The notes under the pieces were generated by a model. That model was not told where the DNA came from and made no database searches. It saw only the letters and a list, made by a program, of their open reading frames with translations. Positions 1 through 9,564 of a stretch of DNA of 61,899 nucleotides are shown in pieces (the stretch's first letter is position 1; each line of letters begins with the position of its first letter). The DNA comes from a bacterium (GTDB lineage: Bacteria; Patescibacteriota; Patescibacteriia; Patescibacteriales; XYC2-FULL-47-12): NCBI GenBank assembly GCA_030698385.1, contig JAUYLZ010000027.1, positions 1 through 61,899 on the forward strand. Reading direction: 5' to 3'. The position numbers were made by a program, and so were the translations under genes.

Positions 1-132
1 CAGAGCGGACAATATCCCAATCATGGTATCATGTTGCGACCGTCAAGCAGCAGTTACACTGACGGTAACGCGTTCTACAGCTCCGACCACGAGAATGAGG
101 GTAAACGGCCAAAACTTGTGATCATACCGTAG
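1..132 (+). CDS. C-terminal end of a CDS that begins upstream of the window (partial)
   Basis: Frame 1 is open from base 1 to TAG 130-132 (...NAFYSSDHENEGKRPKLVIIP*) and is followed by a hairpin/T-run terminator. The tail weakly resembles the end of DNRLRE/CBM96-type secreted domains. Confidence 0.35.
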   Translation, partial: QSGQYPNHGIMLRPSSSSYTDGNAFYSSDHENEGKRPKLVIIP

Positions 133-197
133 AGTTCCAGCGCCTTTTTAATTTTTTAATTAATTTTAATCTGCAACTAATTTTTTTCAAACAATGA

Positions 198-228
198 AGC
201 CGACATTTGCTAATGCCGGCTGTTTTTT
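198..228 (+). terminator. Rho-independent terminator
   Basis: Hairpin AGCCGaCATT-tgc-AATGcCGGCT followed by a T6 run. Confidence 0.6.
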
Positions 229-349
229 AATATTAATACTTTAAAAGTTAAAACATTGACAGCCCAAGGACAACACCGGGGCGGTTTTTATTTTCCAAAA
301 TAGAAAAAATTGGGTATAGTAATAGTGTAGTTTATTATTAAAAAATATA

Positions 350-1465
350 ATGATAATTGGCATAGATGCTTCCCGGGCAATTCGAAAGGAAAAAACCGGT
401 GTAGAATGGTACGCGCGCAATATAATAGAGAATTTGGTAAAAATTGATTCGCAAAATCAATATTTATTGTATTGTGATGATAAGCCGGATAATTGGCTAA
501 AAGGCTTGGGTGATAAAAAAAATGTTAAGATCAAACAGCTTCACTGGGGGCTGCCTTATTTGTGGACGCAAGGGAGGCTTTCATTGGGGATGATTCTGAA
601 TCAGCCGGATGTTTTATTTATACCCGCCTCAGCCATGCCAGTGCTCCATCCAAAAAATACAGTGATTACTATTCACGATGTCGCTTTTAAAAAATTTCCC
701 AATAGCTACTCAAGCCGCCAGCTTGCTTATCTGAAGTGGTCAACCCAGTTCGCGGCCAAGTCAGCTCAGCGCGTTATTACGATATCAGAATTTTCCAGGC
801 AAGAAATAATGAAGTACTACAACCTGCCGGCAGAAAAAATTACCGTAACGCATTTGTCGTGCGACCAAGACATGTACCGCGTTATCAGTGATAGAGCTGA
901 AATAAACAAGACTTTGGAGGCGTATAATATAGACAGGCCTTACCTGTTGTTTGTTGGTCGTTTGGAAAAAAAGAAAAATATCGTGAATTTAATTAAGGCT
1001 TTTTCCATTCTAAAAAAAGAGTACCAGATTTCGCAAAAACTTATTTTAATCGGCAACAAAGGCTATGGCTGGCCGGAGGCGAAAAAAATTATTGAAGAAA
1101 ATAGTTTGCAAAAAGATATTATAATGCCAGGTTATGTCCAACAGGCTAGTTTGCCGTTTTTATATAACGCCGCTGATGTATTTGTGTTTCCTTCAAATTA
1201 CGAAGGATTTGGCATTCCCATCTTGGAGGCTTTCGCCTGCGGTACGCCGGTAGTTGCCTCAGACAGCGCCTCAATGCCGGAAGTTGCCGGTGAAGCCGCG
1301 AGCATGGTTAATCCGGAGAAGGTGGAAGAAATAGCTTTGGCAATAAACAAAGTTTTGACTAGTGACAGTTTTCGAAAAGAACTTAGTGAAAAAGGCTTGG
1401 CGCAGGCGCAAAAATTTAATTGGGAGAAGTGCGCGCGCGAAACACTTCGAGCTATTATGGGATAA
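350..1465 (+). CDS. Glycosyltransferase, GT4 family (GT-B fold)
   Basis: 371-aa ORF. The C-terminal region FVFPSNYEGFGIPILEAFACGTPVVASD is the typical GT4 EX7E-type nucleotide-sugar binding region. Confidence 0.85.
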   Translation: MIIGIDASRAIRKEKTGVEWYARNIIENLVKIDSQNQYLLYCDDKPDNWLKGLGDKKNVKIKQLHWGLPYLWTQGRLSLGMILNQPDVLFIPASAMPVLHPKNTVITIHDVAFKKFPNSYSSRQLAYLKWSTQFAAKSAQRVITISEFSRQEIMKYYNLPAEKITVTHLSCDQDMYRVISDRAEINKTLEAYNIDRPYLLFVGRLEKKKNIVNLIKAFSILKKEYQISQKLILIGNKGYGWPEAKKIIEENSLQKDIIMPGYVQQASLPFLYNAADVFVFPSNYEGFGIPILEAFACGTPVVASDSASMPEVAGEAASMVNPEKVEEIALAINKVLTSDSFRKELSEKGLAQAQKFNWEKCARETLRAIMG

Positions 1466-1551
1466 AATTAAAATACTTGAAATTTTATCAAAAATAGTTT
1501 TGTAATCATCTCATTGATTAAAAGAATTTTTTCAGCTATACTGACAGGTGT

Positions 1552-3600
1552 ATGAATCAATTAATCACGACATTTTTAAGAAAAAAGTCGCTGTTATGTT
1601 TAATGGCGACTCTCATTGTATTTACGCCAATTTCCGCTCAGGCGCTGCAGCCAAATGATACGGCTTATTCACAGCAGTGGTATCTGCAAAAAATTGGCGC
1701 TCAGCAGGCATGGGATATTGAGTATAACAGTTCGCAGGTAATAATCGCGGTTATCGACACCGGTGTTGATATTAATCATCCTGATTTGCGCGATAACATC
1801 TGGATAAACAAAGATGAGATTCCTGACAATGGCATTGACGATGATAAAAACGGGTATATTGACGATTTGAACGGCTGGGATTTTTATCATAATGTCGCTG
1901 ATCCGCGCCCGAAGTTTGAAGACGGATTTACCGATATTGGAATTAATCATGGCACGATTGTGGCCGGTATTATCGCCGCGGTCGGCAATAATTCGTTCGC
2001 GCTCAGCGGCGTGAATTGGCAAGCCCAGATAATGCCGTTAAAAACGCTTAATGACAGCGGTCAAGGCAAGGTAACGGATGTCATCAAGAGCATAGACTAC
2101 GCGATAGATAATGGAGCGCGGATTATTAATTTGAGCTTCGTTGGCACGCAGTACTCTGATAGTTTGGCCGAAGCGATCGGCCGCGCGCATCAAGCCGGTA
2201 TCATAGTTGTCGCGGCAGCCGGCAATGAAAATGAACAAGGCCTGGGTCATAGTCTGGACAAAGATCCGATGTATCCGGTTTGCATGGATGGCGGCAGTAA
2301 TATGATTATTGGCGTTGCCGCCACTGATGATCTTGATCAAAAAGCCGTTTTTTCTAATTATGGAAGCAGTTGTATTGATATTGCGGCGCCCGGCATCAGC
2401 ATTATCGGGCTATCTGCTTATGATCCGCAGCGTGAGTTTTTGGGAGAGAAGTTTGATAAATATTATCAGGGGTACTGGTCCGGCACATCAATGTCAGCGC
2501 CGCTGGTATCGGGCAGTTTTGCCTTATTGAAGTCGATTAACCCTAAGTTGAAACGCAGTGAAATAATTAACATTCTTTTGAGCAGTAGTGATAATATTAA
2601 TAGAATTAATCCGCAGTACGCTAATCTGCTCGGTGCGGGAAGGCTGAATTTAAAAAACGCGGCGCAAATAGTTCATCAGCAGTTAACTAGTTTTAATAAT
2701 TATATAGTTACTGCTCCGCAAGGCAAATTTGTTCCAATGGTAAAGTTGTTTTCAGATGGGAGCGCCAAAAATGAATTTAACGCTTATGGTGAAAATTTTT
2801 TTGGCGGAGCCGCGGTTGCCACCGGCGATATTGACGGTGACGGGGTTGACGAAATCATCACCGGCGCCGGCAACGGCGGCGGCCCGCACGTGCGTATCTT
2901 TAATAATCGCGGCGAGCTGAAGGGACAGTTCTTTGCCTACAGTGAAAATTTCCGCGGCGGCGTGAATATAACGACTGGCGATATTGACGGTGACGGGGTT
3001 GACGAAATCATCACCGGCGCCGGCAACGGCGGCGGCCCGCACGTGCGTATCTTTAATAATCGCGGCGAGCTGAAGGGACAGTTCTTTGCCTACAATTCAG
3101 ACCTGCGCAACGGCGTTAGCGCGGCTGCCGGCGATATTGACGGTGACGGGGTTGACGAAATCATCACCGGCGCCGGCAGCGGTACTAAGCCGGAAGTCAG
3201 AGTTTTTGGCGCTGACCTGAAGCTAAAAAAATCTTTTTTCGCGTATAATGAAAATTTCCGCGGCGGCGTGAATATAGCCGCCGGCGACGTGGATGGAAAC
3301 GGCATTGATGACATTATTACGGGCGCAAAATTCGGCGGCGGCCCGCACGTGCGCGTATTCAATCACAATGGTTCAGTTAGGTCGCAATTTTTTGCCTATG
3401 ACGCGGACTTCCGCGGCGGCGTCAATATTGGCATCGGTGATATGGATAATAACGGGGTTGACGAAATCATCACCGGCGCCGGTGTCGGCGGCGGCCCGCA
3501 CGTGCGCGTATTCAATGACCAAGGCAAGCTCTTGAACGGATTCTACGCATATGATACGGTTATGAATGGGGGGGTAAGTGTCAGCGCAATTAAACTATAA
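1552..3600 (+). CDS. Secreted subtilisin-like serine peptidase (S8) fused to FG-GAP/VCBS-like repeats
   Basis: 682-aa ORF with a signal peptide. Subtilase triad motifs are present: VIDTGVD (Asp), NHGTIVAG (His) and GTSMSAP (Ser). The C-terminal half holds about 5.5 repeats of 51 aa (GDIDGDGVDEIITGAG-GGGPHVR-F). Confidence 0.85.
   Translation: MNQLITTFLRKKSLLCLMATLIVFTPISAQALQPNDTAYSQQWYLQKIGAQQAWDIEYNSSQVIIAVIDTGVDINHPDLRDNIWINKDEIPDNGIDDDKNGYIDDLNGWDFYHNVADPRPKFEDGFTDIGINHGTIVAGIIAAVGNNSFALSGVNWQAQIMPLKTLNDSGQGKVTDVIKSIDYAIDNGARIINLSFVGTQYSDSLAEAIGRAHQAGIIVVAAAGNENEQGLGHSLDKDPMYPVCMDGGSNMIIGVAATDDLDQKAVFSNYGSSCIDIAAPGISIIGLSAYDPQREFLGEKFDKYYQGYWSGTSMSAPLVSGSFALLKSINPKLKRSEIINILLSSSDNINRINPQYANLLGAGRLNLKNAAQIVHQQLTSFNNYIVTAPQGKFVPMVKLFSDGSAKNEFNAYGENFFGGAAVATGDIDGDGVDEIITGAGNGGGPHVRIFNNRGELKGQFFAYSENFRGGVNITTGDIDGDGVDEIITGAGNGGGPHVRIFNNRGELKGQFFAYNSDLRNGVSAAAGDIDGDGVDEIITGAGSGTKPEVRVFGADLKLKKSFFAYNENFRGGVNIAAGDVDGNGIDDIITGAKFGGGPHVRVFNHNGSVRSQFFAYDADFRGGVNIGIGDMDNNGVDEIITGAGVGGGPHVRVFNDQGKLLNGFYAYDTVMNGGVSVSAIKL
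2824..3094. repeat. Perfect 118-bp tandem duplication (period 153 bp) inside the FG-GAP repeat region
   Basis: 2824-2941 is identical to 2977-3094. Weaker copies of the 153-bp unit continue to about 3590. Confidence 0.9.
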
Positions 3601-3633
3601 ATTAACATTTTATTATCATCTAAATTTAAAAAT

Positions 3634-4659
3634 ATGCCAAATAGAGCAATATTTGACAAGAAAAATATATTGGTGGCGGGCGGCGCCGGTTTTTTAGGCT
3701 CGCATCTGTGCGATCGTTTGATCGAAAAAAACAAAGTCATCTGTATTGATAATTTCGTTACCGGTTCAGAGAGAAATATTGATCACCTTTTAGCAAATGA
3801 GAATTTCGTTTTTATCAAAGCGGATATTAATGATTTGCCGGATTTGGAAAAAATGCCCGAACTGCAAAAATTCAAAATTCAGTTTCAGGGAATACAGCAG
3901 ATTTATAACTGCGCCTGTCCGTCTTCGCCGGCTAATTTTGACGAAAACAAGATTTTAACTCTGCATGCCAATTCTATCGGCGTAAAGAACTTGCTTGATC
4001 TGGCTATTCGTTACCAGCCGGTTTTTCTGCACTGCTCTTCTTCCGTTGTCTATGGTCCGCGCCGTGAGAATAATCAAAAGATAAAAGAAGACGACTTCGG
4101 CGTAGTTAATCCGGTTGGCGAGCGTTCGGCTTATGATGAAGGCAAGCGTTTTGCCGAGAGTATGGTAATCAATTACCGTGATGTGTACTCGCTTGATGTT
4201 CGCATCGCCCGCATTTTCCGCACCTTTGGTCCGCGCATGCCGCTGAATGACAAGCAAATGATCCCTGATTTTATTTTTAGCGCGCTAGAAAACAAAGACT
4301 TGGTGATTTACGGCAATCAGGATTTTCACTCAAGTTTTTGCTATGTCAGCGATGTTGTTGACGGCATTATGAAATTGGTTGAGACAGACTATCAAGATCC
4401 GGTTAATATCGGCAGTGACGTGGACGAACTATTAGCCGGCGTTGCTGAAAAAATTATCAAGCTCACTGACTCAAAGTCAAAGATAGTTTACAAAGATCCG
4501 ATTCTTTTCATGACTCCGTTGAGCGTTCCCGACATCACTTTGATCAAAGAAAAATTCGGCTGGCTGCCAATTACCACTTTAGCCAAGGGTCTGGAGCGCA
4601 CAGTTGAAGATTTGCGCGCCAGCAAAGGACTGCTCGGCGTTGAACACGCAATAGATTAG
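3634..4659 (+). CDS. UDP-glucuronate decarboxylase-like extended SDR (NAD-dependent epimerase/dehydratase)
   Basis: 341-aa ORF with the GGAGFLGSHL Rossmann motif and a YDEGKR (YxxxK) active site. The overall pattern matches UXS-type enzymes. Confidence 0.8.
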   Translation: MPNRAIFDKKNILVAGGAGFLGSHLCDRLIEKNKVICIDNFVTGSERNIDHLLANENFVFIKADINDLPDLEKMPELQKFKIQFQGIQQIYNCACPSSPANFDENKILTLHANSIGVKNLLDLAIRYQPVFLHCSSSVVYGPRRENNQKIKEDDFGVVNPVGERSAYDEGKRFAESMVINYRDVYSLDVRIARIFRTFGPRMPLNDKQMIPDFIFSALENKDLVIYGNQDFHSSFCYVSDVVDGIMKLVETDYQDPVNIGSDVDELLAGVAEKIIKLTDSKSKIVYKDPILFMTPLSVPDITLIKEKFGWLPITTLAKGLERTVEDLRASKGLLGVEHAID

Positions 4660-4783
4660 CAGGTAAATACTCAAATATTATTCGCGGCATTCGTATTATT
4701 AATATGAATTTGTAGATATGCACAATGAATTCGTATTAAATGTTCGCAAACATTATTAAGTCCAAATAAAATAACTTGAACAT

Positions 4784-5095
4784 ATGAATATACAAATCAA
4801 ATCGGAAAATTTTGAACTGGATGAAAAAATTAAAGACTATGCCCGCGAGCGCGTTTATATGCTGACCAAGTATCTTGGCGATGTCTCCATAATTGATGCC
4901 AAGGTAAAGCTAGCCATGACCACCAATCGCCATCAAAAAGGAGATATTTATGAATGTGAAATGGCGCTGGCTCTGCCGGGAGAGACGTTGCGGGTGAGCA
5001 AGACCACCTCTGATATTTTTAAAGCCGTAGATAAAGTAAAAGACCACTTGATACGAAGTATAAAAAAATATAAAGAAAAGAAAGCGGAAGTTTAA
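4784..5095 (+). CDS. hpf: Ribosome hibernation promoting factor / RaiA family, short form
   Basis: 103-aa ORF with the typical HPF/YfiA pattern (IKSENFELDEKIKDYARERV...DKVKDHLIRSIKKYKEK). Confidence 0.8.
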   Translation: MNIQIKSENFELDEKIKDYARERVYMLTKYLGDVSIIDAKVKLAMTTNRHQKGDIYECEMALALPGETLRVSKTTSDIFKAVDKVKDHLIRSIKKYKEKKAEV

Positions 5096-5190
5096 ATTAA
5101 AAAGAAATATAGAAGCAAAAAAAGCCCTCTAAAGCTAAGGACGGCTTTTGGATTGTCTGTTATGGTAATAAATTTTTTTTGTCAAATAAA

Positions 5191-5228
5191 AAACCCGAGG
5201 TATTTTTCACTCGGGTTTGATTTTTTTC
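5191..5228. terminator. Bidirectional rho-independent terminator
   Basis: Hairpin AAACCCGAG-N10-CTCGGGTTT flanked by an A-run and a T-run, between convergent hpf and the 96-aa gene. Confidence 0.65.
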
Positions 5229-5233
5229 TAAGG

Positions 5234-5524
5234 CTAGGAAGTTTTTTTTGTATCAGGTAATTTTTTGATTATTTTTTTCCACGGAATTTTAAAAGGTCTG
5301 ATTTGGCCTTTGCCTTGTTGGTTAAAAATCCGAAAATTAACATTCAGCGATATTTTGCTTTTATTTAAATAGGTTATGAATGCAGAATTGCATTTCCAGA
5401 GTTGTTTTTTGCCTTCCGCAGTATTAATACCATCGGAAAAATCCTCGGCATTTAAGTTTTCAGAAAGAACTCTGTTTGTGTGCGCGTCTTTCGGTTCTAT
5501 AAACCAAGTATATTCTGTAGACAT
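5234..5524 (-). CDS. Hypothetical protein (orphan), second gene of a two-gene operon
   Basis: 96-aa ORF with the SD-like AGGAAAGGAAG 5 nt upstream of ATG. No recognisable motif. Confidence 0.5.
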   Translation of the reverse strand: MSTEYTWFIEPKDAHTNRVLSENLNAEDFSDGINTAEGKKQLWKCNSAFITYLNKSKISLNVNFRIFNQQGKGQIRPFKIPWKKIIKKLPDTKKTS

Positions 5525-5542
5525 ATCAACTTCCTTTCCTAA

Positions 5543-5920
5543 TTAGTTTTTATTCAGATTCTTTATTCTTTGATTATTCAAAACTATTTTTCCACATTCA
5601 TCTTCTTTAAAAATAATAAAATGCAAGTGTTTAATGCTTCGCAGACGGTACAAATCGCTGATGTATCTGGGACTAATTTCATATAGTGTGGCGTACCAAT
5701 CGGAAAAAATTACGTCTTGGTGAATTTTGTGGGGGAGTTCTTGCAGTTCTTTTTCGGTTTGATCGTCTAGCGGTTTTACAAAAAATTTTTCGCCTTTCTT
5801 TTTTGGCGAATAGCCAAGCTCTGCTCTTGAATTTTCTTTGCCAAAAAGATTGGCATATTCATCATCTATGGGCACTTCTAAGTCTCTAAAACTTATCTCC
5901 TGTTCGTGCATTTTTTTCAT
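5543..5920 (-). CDS. Hypothetical protein (orphan), first gene of a two-gene operon
   Basis: 125-aa ORF with SD GAGGTG 6 nt upstream of ATG. Lies downstream of the palindrome-TTGACA promoter. Confidence 0.5.
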   Translation of the reverse strand: MKKMHEQEISFRDLEVPIDDEYANLFGKENSRAELGYSPKKKGEKFFVKPLDDQTEKELQELPHKIHQDVIFSDWYATLYEISPRYISDLYRLRSIKHLHFIIFKEDECGKIVLNNQRIKNLNKN

Positions 5921-5989
5921 AATACACCTCGGTTTATTAAGTTTGTAAAGATCGTAATAAAGATCGTAATTACTTTTAAATATAGGTAT

Positions 5990-6034
5990 AATTTAGTATA
6001 ATTATCAATAAATGTCAATCCCGAGTACTCGGGA
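5990..6034 (-). promoter_or_regulatory. Promoter with abutting 16-bp palindromic operator
   Basis: Minus-strand reading: TCCCGAGTACTCGGGA (6034-6019) + TTGACA (6018-6013) + 17 nt + TAAATT (5995-5990). Confidence 0.65.
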
Positions 6035-6091
6035 CTATTGCTAAAATAGCTTAAATTTGTTACGATAAATCTGCTTATACTTAAAGAAATT

Positions 6092-8845
6092 ATGTCACTC
6101 ATCACAAAAATATTCGGTGATCCGAATGAAAAAGTGCTTAAAGAAATTCAGCCGGTTGTTGATAATATTAATAGTTTTGAAACAAAATGCAAAGAGCTCT
6201 CAGCTGAACAGATTAAAGAAAAGATGCTGTCTTTTCGCAATGATTTAAAAGATAAGGAATGGAGCGAGCAAAGCAAGGTTTTGGAAAACATACTGCCGGA
6301 AGTTTTTTCTATGGCGCGGGAAACCATGTATCGCAAGTTTGGCCAGCGTCATTACGATGTGCAATTAATCGGCGGCATTGTTCTGCATCGCGGCCAGATA
6401 GCCGAGATGAAGACCGGAGAGGGCAAGACACAAACGGCGATTTTACCCGTGTGCCTGAATGCTTTGTCCGGACGCGGTATTCACGTGGTAACGCCAAATG
6501 ATTATCTATCCAGAGTTGGCGGCGGTTGGACAGCGCCGGTTTACCACTCCTTGGGCTTGAGTGTCGGCGTGATTACGCATGACTTTGCCGGTGTTTATGA
6601 TCCTGATTATGAAAGTCCGGAGCGACACGGCGGCGACGAACGCTTGCGCCACTGGAAGCCTGTCCATCGCAAAGAAGCTTACGCGGCTGATGTTACCTAC
6701 GGAACGAACAACGAGTTTGGCTTCGATTATTTGCGTGATAATATGGCGCCGGATCTGGATAATATGGTTCAGCGCGGGTTGCATTACGCGATTGTTGATG
6801 AAATCGATTCAATCCTAATCGACGAAGCGCGGACGCCATTGATTATCAGCGCGCCGGCGGAGGAGTCCAGTGATTACGCCAAATTTGCTCATTTGGTCAG
6901 ACAGCTTGACCAAAATGAAGACTACAATATTGATGAAAAGATGCGCGCCTCCACTCTGTCAGAGGCTGGTTTGAACAAAATAGAAAAGCTTCTCGGTGTT
7001 AAAAATATCTATACCGAAGGCGGCGTGCGCGAGGTTAATCACATTGAGCAAGCGCTCAAGGCTGAAGTTTTGTTCAAAAAAGACAGAGATTATGTGGTTA
7101 AAGAAGGTGAAATAATTATCGTTGATGAGTTTACCGGACGTATGATGCCGGGCCGCCGCTATTCCGAAGGCTTGCACCAGGCCATTGAAGCGAAAGAAGG
7201 TGTTGAGGTGAAGCGTGAGTCCCGCACTTTGGCAACGATTACTTTTCAAAATTACTTTCGTATGTTTACCAAACTCGCCGGCATGACTGGCACCGCCGTA
7301 ACCGAGGCGGAGGAGTTCCACAAAATTTACGGCCTAGAAACCGTGGTGATACCAACCAATAAGCCAAACGACAGAAAAGACATGACTGATCTTGTTTATT
7401 CATCAGAAATGGGGAAATATCAGGCATTGGTGCAAGATATTAAAAAAATTCATGAAACCGGACAGCCGATACTTATCGGTACGATTTCGATTGAAAAAAA
7501 CGAACTGTTGTCGGACATGCTTGATCGAGCCGGAGTGCGGGCGCAGCTTTTGAACGCGAAAAATCATGAAAAAGAAGCGCAGATTATTGCTCAGGCCGGA
7601 AAACTCGGCGCCGTGACTGTGGCTACGAATATGGCCGGCCGCGGCGTTGATATTATTCTGGGAGGAGACGCGAACAGCGAAGAGGCGCGGAAGGTCTGTG
7701 AACTGGGCGGTTTGCATGTAATCGGCACCGAGCGGCATGAGTCAAGGCGTATTGACAACCAGTTGCGCGGACGCGCCGGACGTCAGGGCGATCCCGGGTC
7801 ATCGCGTTTTTACCTGTCAATGGAGGATGACCTGATGCGCATCTTCGGCGGCGACCGAATGAAAAACATCATGGCTACGCTAAAAGTCCCTGAAGATATG
7901 CCGATTGAGAACAAGATAATCTCCCATTCAATTGAAAGCGCGCAGAAAAAAGTGGAGGCCAACAACTTTGATATCCGAAAACATTTGGTAGAATTTGACG
8001 ATGTGATAAATAAACACCGTCTCTCTATTTATACTCGCCGCCGTGAAATTATTGATATTGCCGCCGGCAAAAAAATCGACAAAAAAATCGCCGATGAAGT
8101 TTGGAATTTAATCGTGGCCGAAATCAATATGGTGGTAAACTTTCACACTGGCGGGGAGGATGCCAGAAACTGGGATTTGAAAGAAATTTATGAAACGGTT
8201 AAAACTATCTTCAAAGTCCCCGATAATTTTCAGACTGAGTTAAAAGACATCTCTTTAAAAAACGGGCATGTATTGGCGCGGGAAAAAATTATTGGTTATA
8301 TCACTAATCTGGCAAAAGCCGCTCAGCAAAATTTAGCGCAAACTCTAAATGAACTGGTTCCCCAATCAGCGGAAAAAAAATTATCGCCGGCTGACGAGGT
8401 GGCCAAACAGCTGATGATCAGAGCGATTGACAGCGTTTGGACCGAGCATTTGGACGTGATGCAGGAGATGCGCCAGGGAATCGGTCTGCGCGGTTATGGC
8501 CAGCGGGATCCGTTGCTTGAGTACAAAAAAGAATCTTACCGGCTGTTTCAGACTTTAAATGACCTTATCCGCCGGCAAGTGGTTTATTCAATATTCAAAG
8601 TCGGCGATGTGACCGAGTTCGCCGCGCCCGGTCTTCTGCAACAGGCCAGGCAGTTTTTGGCGCCGCCAAAGACCGGCAACGGTTCGTTCACGCAGTTTAA
8701 AGGTAACGACGCCGCGAGCAGAGTTGCCGAGCAAATCAACACAGCCGCGCAAAAACTAAAAGACGCTGACGGCAATAAAGTCGGCCGCAACGACCTGTGT
8801 CCGTGCGGTTCCGGTAAAAAATATAAAAAGTGTCATGGGAAATAA
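6092..8845 (+). CDS. secA: Preprotein translocase ATPase SecA
   Basis: 917-aa ORF with DEAD-motor motifs (MKTGEGKT, VDEIDSILIDEARTPLIIS) and the C-terminal zinc finger CPCGSGKKYKKCH. Confidence 0.97.
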   Translation: MSLITKIFGDPNEKVLKEIQPVVDNINSFETKCKELSAEQIKEKMLSFRNDLKDKEWSEQSKVLENILPEVFSMARETMYRKFGQRHYDVQLIGGIVLHRGQIAEMKTGEGKTQTAILPVCLNALSGRGIHVVTPNDYLSRVGGGWTAPVYHSLGLSVGVITHDFAGVYDPDYESPERHGGDERLRHWKPVHRKEAYAADVTYGTNNEFGFDYLRDNMAPDLDNMVQRGLHYAIVDEIDSILIDEARTPLIISAPAEESSDYAKFAHLVRQLDQNEDYNIDEKMRASTLSEAGLNKIEKLLGVKNIYTEGGVREVNHIEQALKAEVLFKKDRDYVVKEGEIIIVDEFTGRMMPGRRYSEGLHQAIEAKEGVEVKRESRTLATITFQNYFRMFTKLAGMTGTAVTEAEEFHKIYGLETVVIPTNKPNDRKDMTDLVYSSEMGKYQALVQDIKKIHETGQPILIGTISIEKNELLSDMLDRAGVRAQLLNAKNHEKEAQIIAQAGKLGAVTVATNMAGRGVDIILGGDANSEEARKVCELGGLHVIGTERHESRRIDNQLRGRAGRQGDPGSSRFYLSMEDDLMRIFGGDRMKNIMATLKVPEDMPIENKIISHSIESAQKKVEANNFDIRKHLVEFDDVINKHRLSIYTRRREIIDIAAGKKIDKKIADEVWNLIVAEINMVVNFHTGGEDARNWDLKEIYETVKTIFKVPDNFQTELKDISLKNGHVLAREKIIGYITNLAKAAQQNLAQTLNELVPQSAEKKLSPADEVAKQLMIRAIDSVWTEHLDVMQEMRQGIGLRGYGQRDPLLEYKKESYRLFQTLNDLIRRQVVYSIFKVGDVTEFAAPGLLQQARQFLAPPKTGNGSFTQFKGNDAASRVAEQINTAAQKLKDADGNKVGRNDLCPCGSGKKYKKCHGK

Positions 8846-8849
8846 ACAC

Positions 8850-9209
8850 ATGAAAATAGTATTTATCGCTGGGCCGTATTTTGGCGAAGGTGATTATGGG
8901 AAGATTGAAGAAAATATCCGTTGCGCGGAAAAATACCAGATTCAATTGGCAAACAACGGTATCGGATTTTTCTGCCCCCATAATCATACTGAGCATTTTG
9001 AGAAGAAAGCAAAAGCGGAAGAAAAATTCTATCGTGAATTAGATATGTTAATGCTTTCCAAAGTTGCCAATGCGATTTTGGCGATTCCCGGCTGGGAAAA
9101 ATCAAGCGGAGCGAAGGCGGAGATTGAATGGGCCGCCACTAATAATCTGAAAGTATTTTATCCAAAGTCGCCAGAGGATATTGAAGACATAGTTATTTGG
9201 GCAAGATAA
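8850..9209 (+). CDS. DUF4406 / nucleoside 2-deoxyribosyltransferase-like protein
   Basis: Start moved to MKIVFIAGPY, just after the secA stop. The motifs IAGPY...PGWEKSSGAKAEIEWA are typical of this family. Confidence 0.6.
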   Translation: MKIVFIAGPYFGEGDYGKIEENIRCAEKYQIQLANNGIGFFCPHNHTEHFEKKAKAEEKFYRELDMLMLSKVANAILAIPGWEKSSGAKAEIEWAATNNLKVFYPKSPEDIEDIVIWAR

Positions 9210-9292
9210 GAATAAAAAAACGCTATGGGAAATAGAAGTATAAATTTTTAATAAAAAAAGGCCTTAAAGATAAGGCCTTCAGAGAAAAAAAC

Positions 9293-9490
9293 TTATAGAT
9301 ACGCTAATAAAGCGCCAGTGGTAAAGAGCAGTACTAGTACGCAGTAGCCCACTTTAAAAAATAATGGCTTTCCCGTGAAAAGATTTTTTTTGTAGAATGG
9401 CATGATCAGCAGCTGTATCGCGGCAACCGGTATGCCGACATAAACTACAAAACAAAACCAAATAATAAAGAAAGTTTCAAATATGCCCAT
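9293..9490 (-). CDS. Small membrane protein (hypothetical)
   Basis: 65-aa ORF, two hydrophobic helices. A hairpin AAGGCCTT-N6-AAGGCCTT plus a T-run lies downstream on the minus strand (9251-9279). Confidence 0.4.
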   Translation of the reverse strand: MGIFETFFIIWFCFVVYVGIPVAAIQLLIMPFYKKNLFTGKPLFFKVGYCVLVLLFTTGALLAYL

Positions 9491-9529
9491 AGTATGTCTT
9501 CGATCATTGTGTGTTTTAAAGAGCTGTGC

Positions 9530-9558
9530 TTGCTATTATCATAGCTAAAAAATATAAT
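9530..9558 (+). promoter_or_regulatory. Near-consensus sigma70-type promoter
   Basis: TTGCTA (9530-9535) + 17 nt + TATAAT (9553-9558). Confidence 0.55.
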
Positions 9559-9564
9559 TTGTAA

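Noticed and set aside
2790-3590. Regularly spaced 153-bp repeats considered as a possible CRISPR-like array.
   Set aside because: The repeats are in-frame coding FG-GAP units with variable 'spacers' that are themselves homologous. No cas genes are present, and repeat length and period do not fit CRISPR.
1669-3740. ORF-track entries inside or antisense to the S8 peptidase gene (1669-2022-, 2038-2340-, 2309-2530+, 2752-3042-, 3090-3362-, 3293-3535+, 3543-3740-).
   Set aside because: All are embedded in a longer ORF with clear subtilase and FG-GAP motifs. The GC-rich repeats keep alternative frames open. None has a start context or motif.

The same reasoning applies to the short ORFs nested in other genes:
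- secA (6148-8996)
- secD (10879-12420)
- priA (16223-17782)
- the TraD-like gene (24675-26942)
- pilB (45117-46137)
- the dehydrogenase gene (46572-48232)
- the cassette genes (52419-56244)
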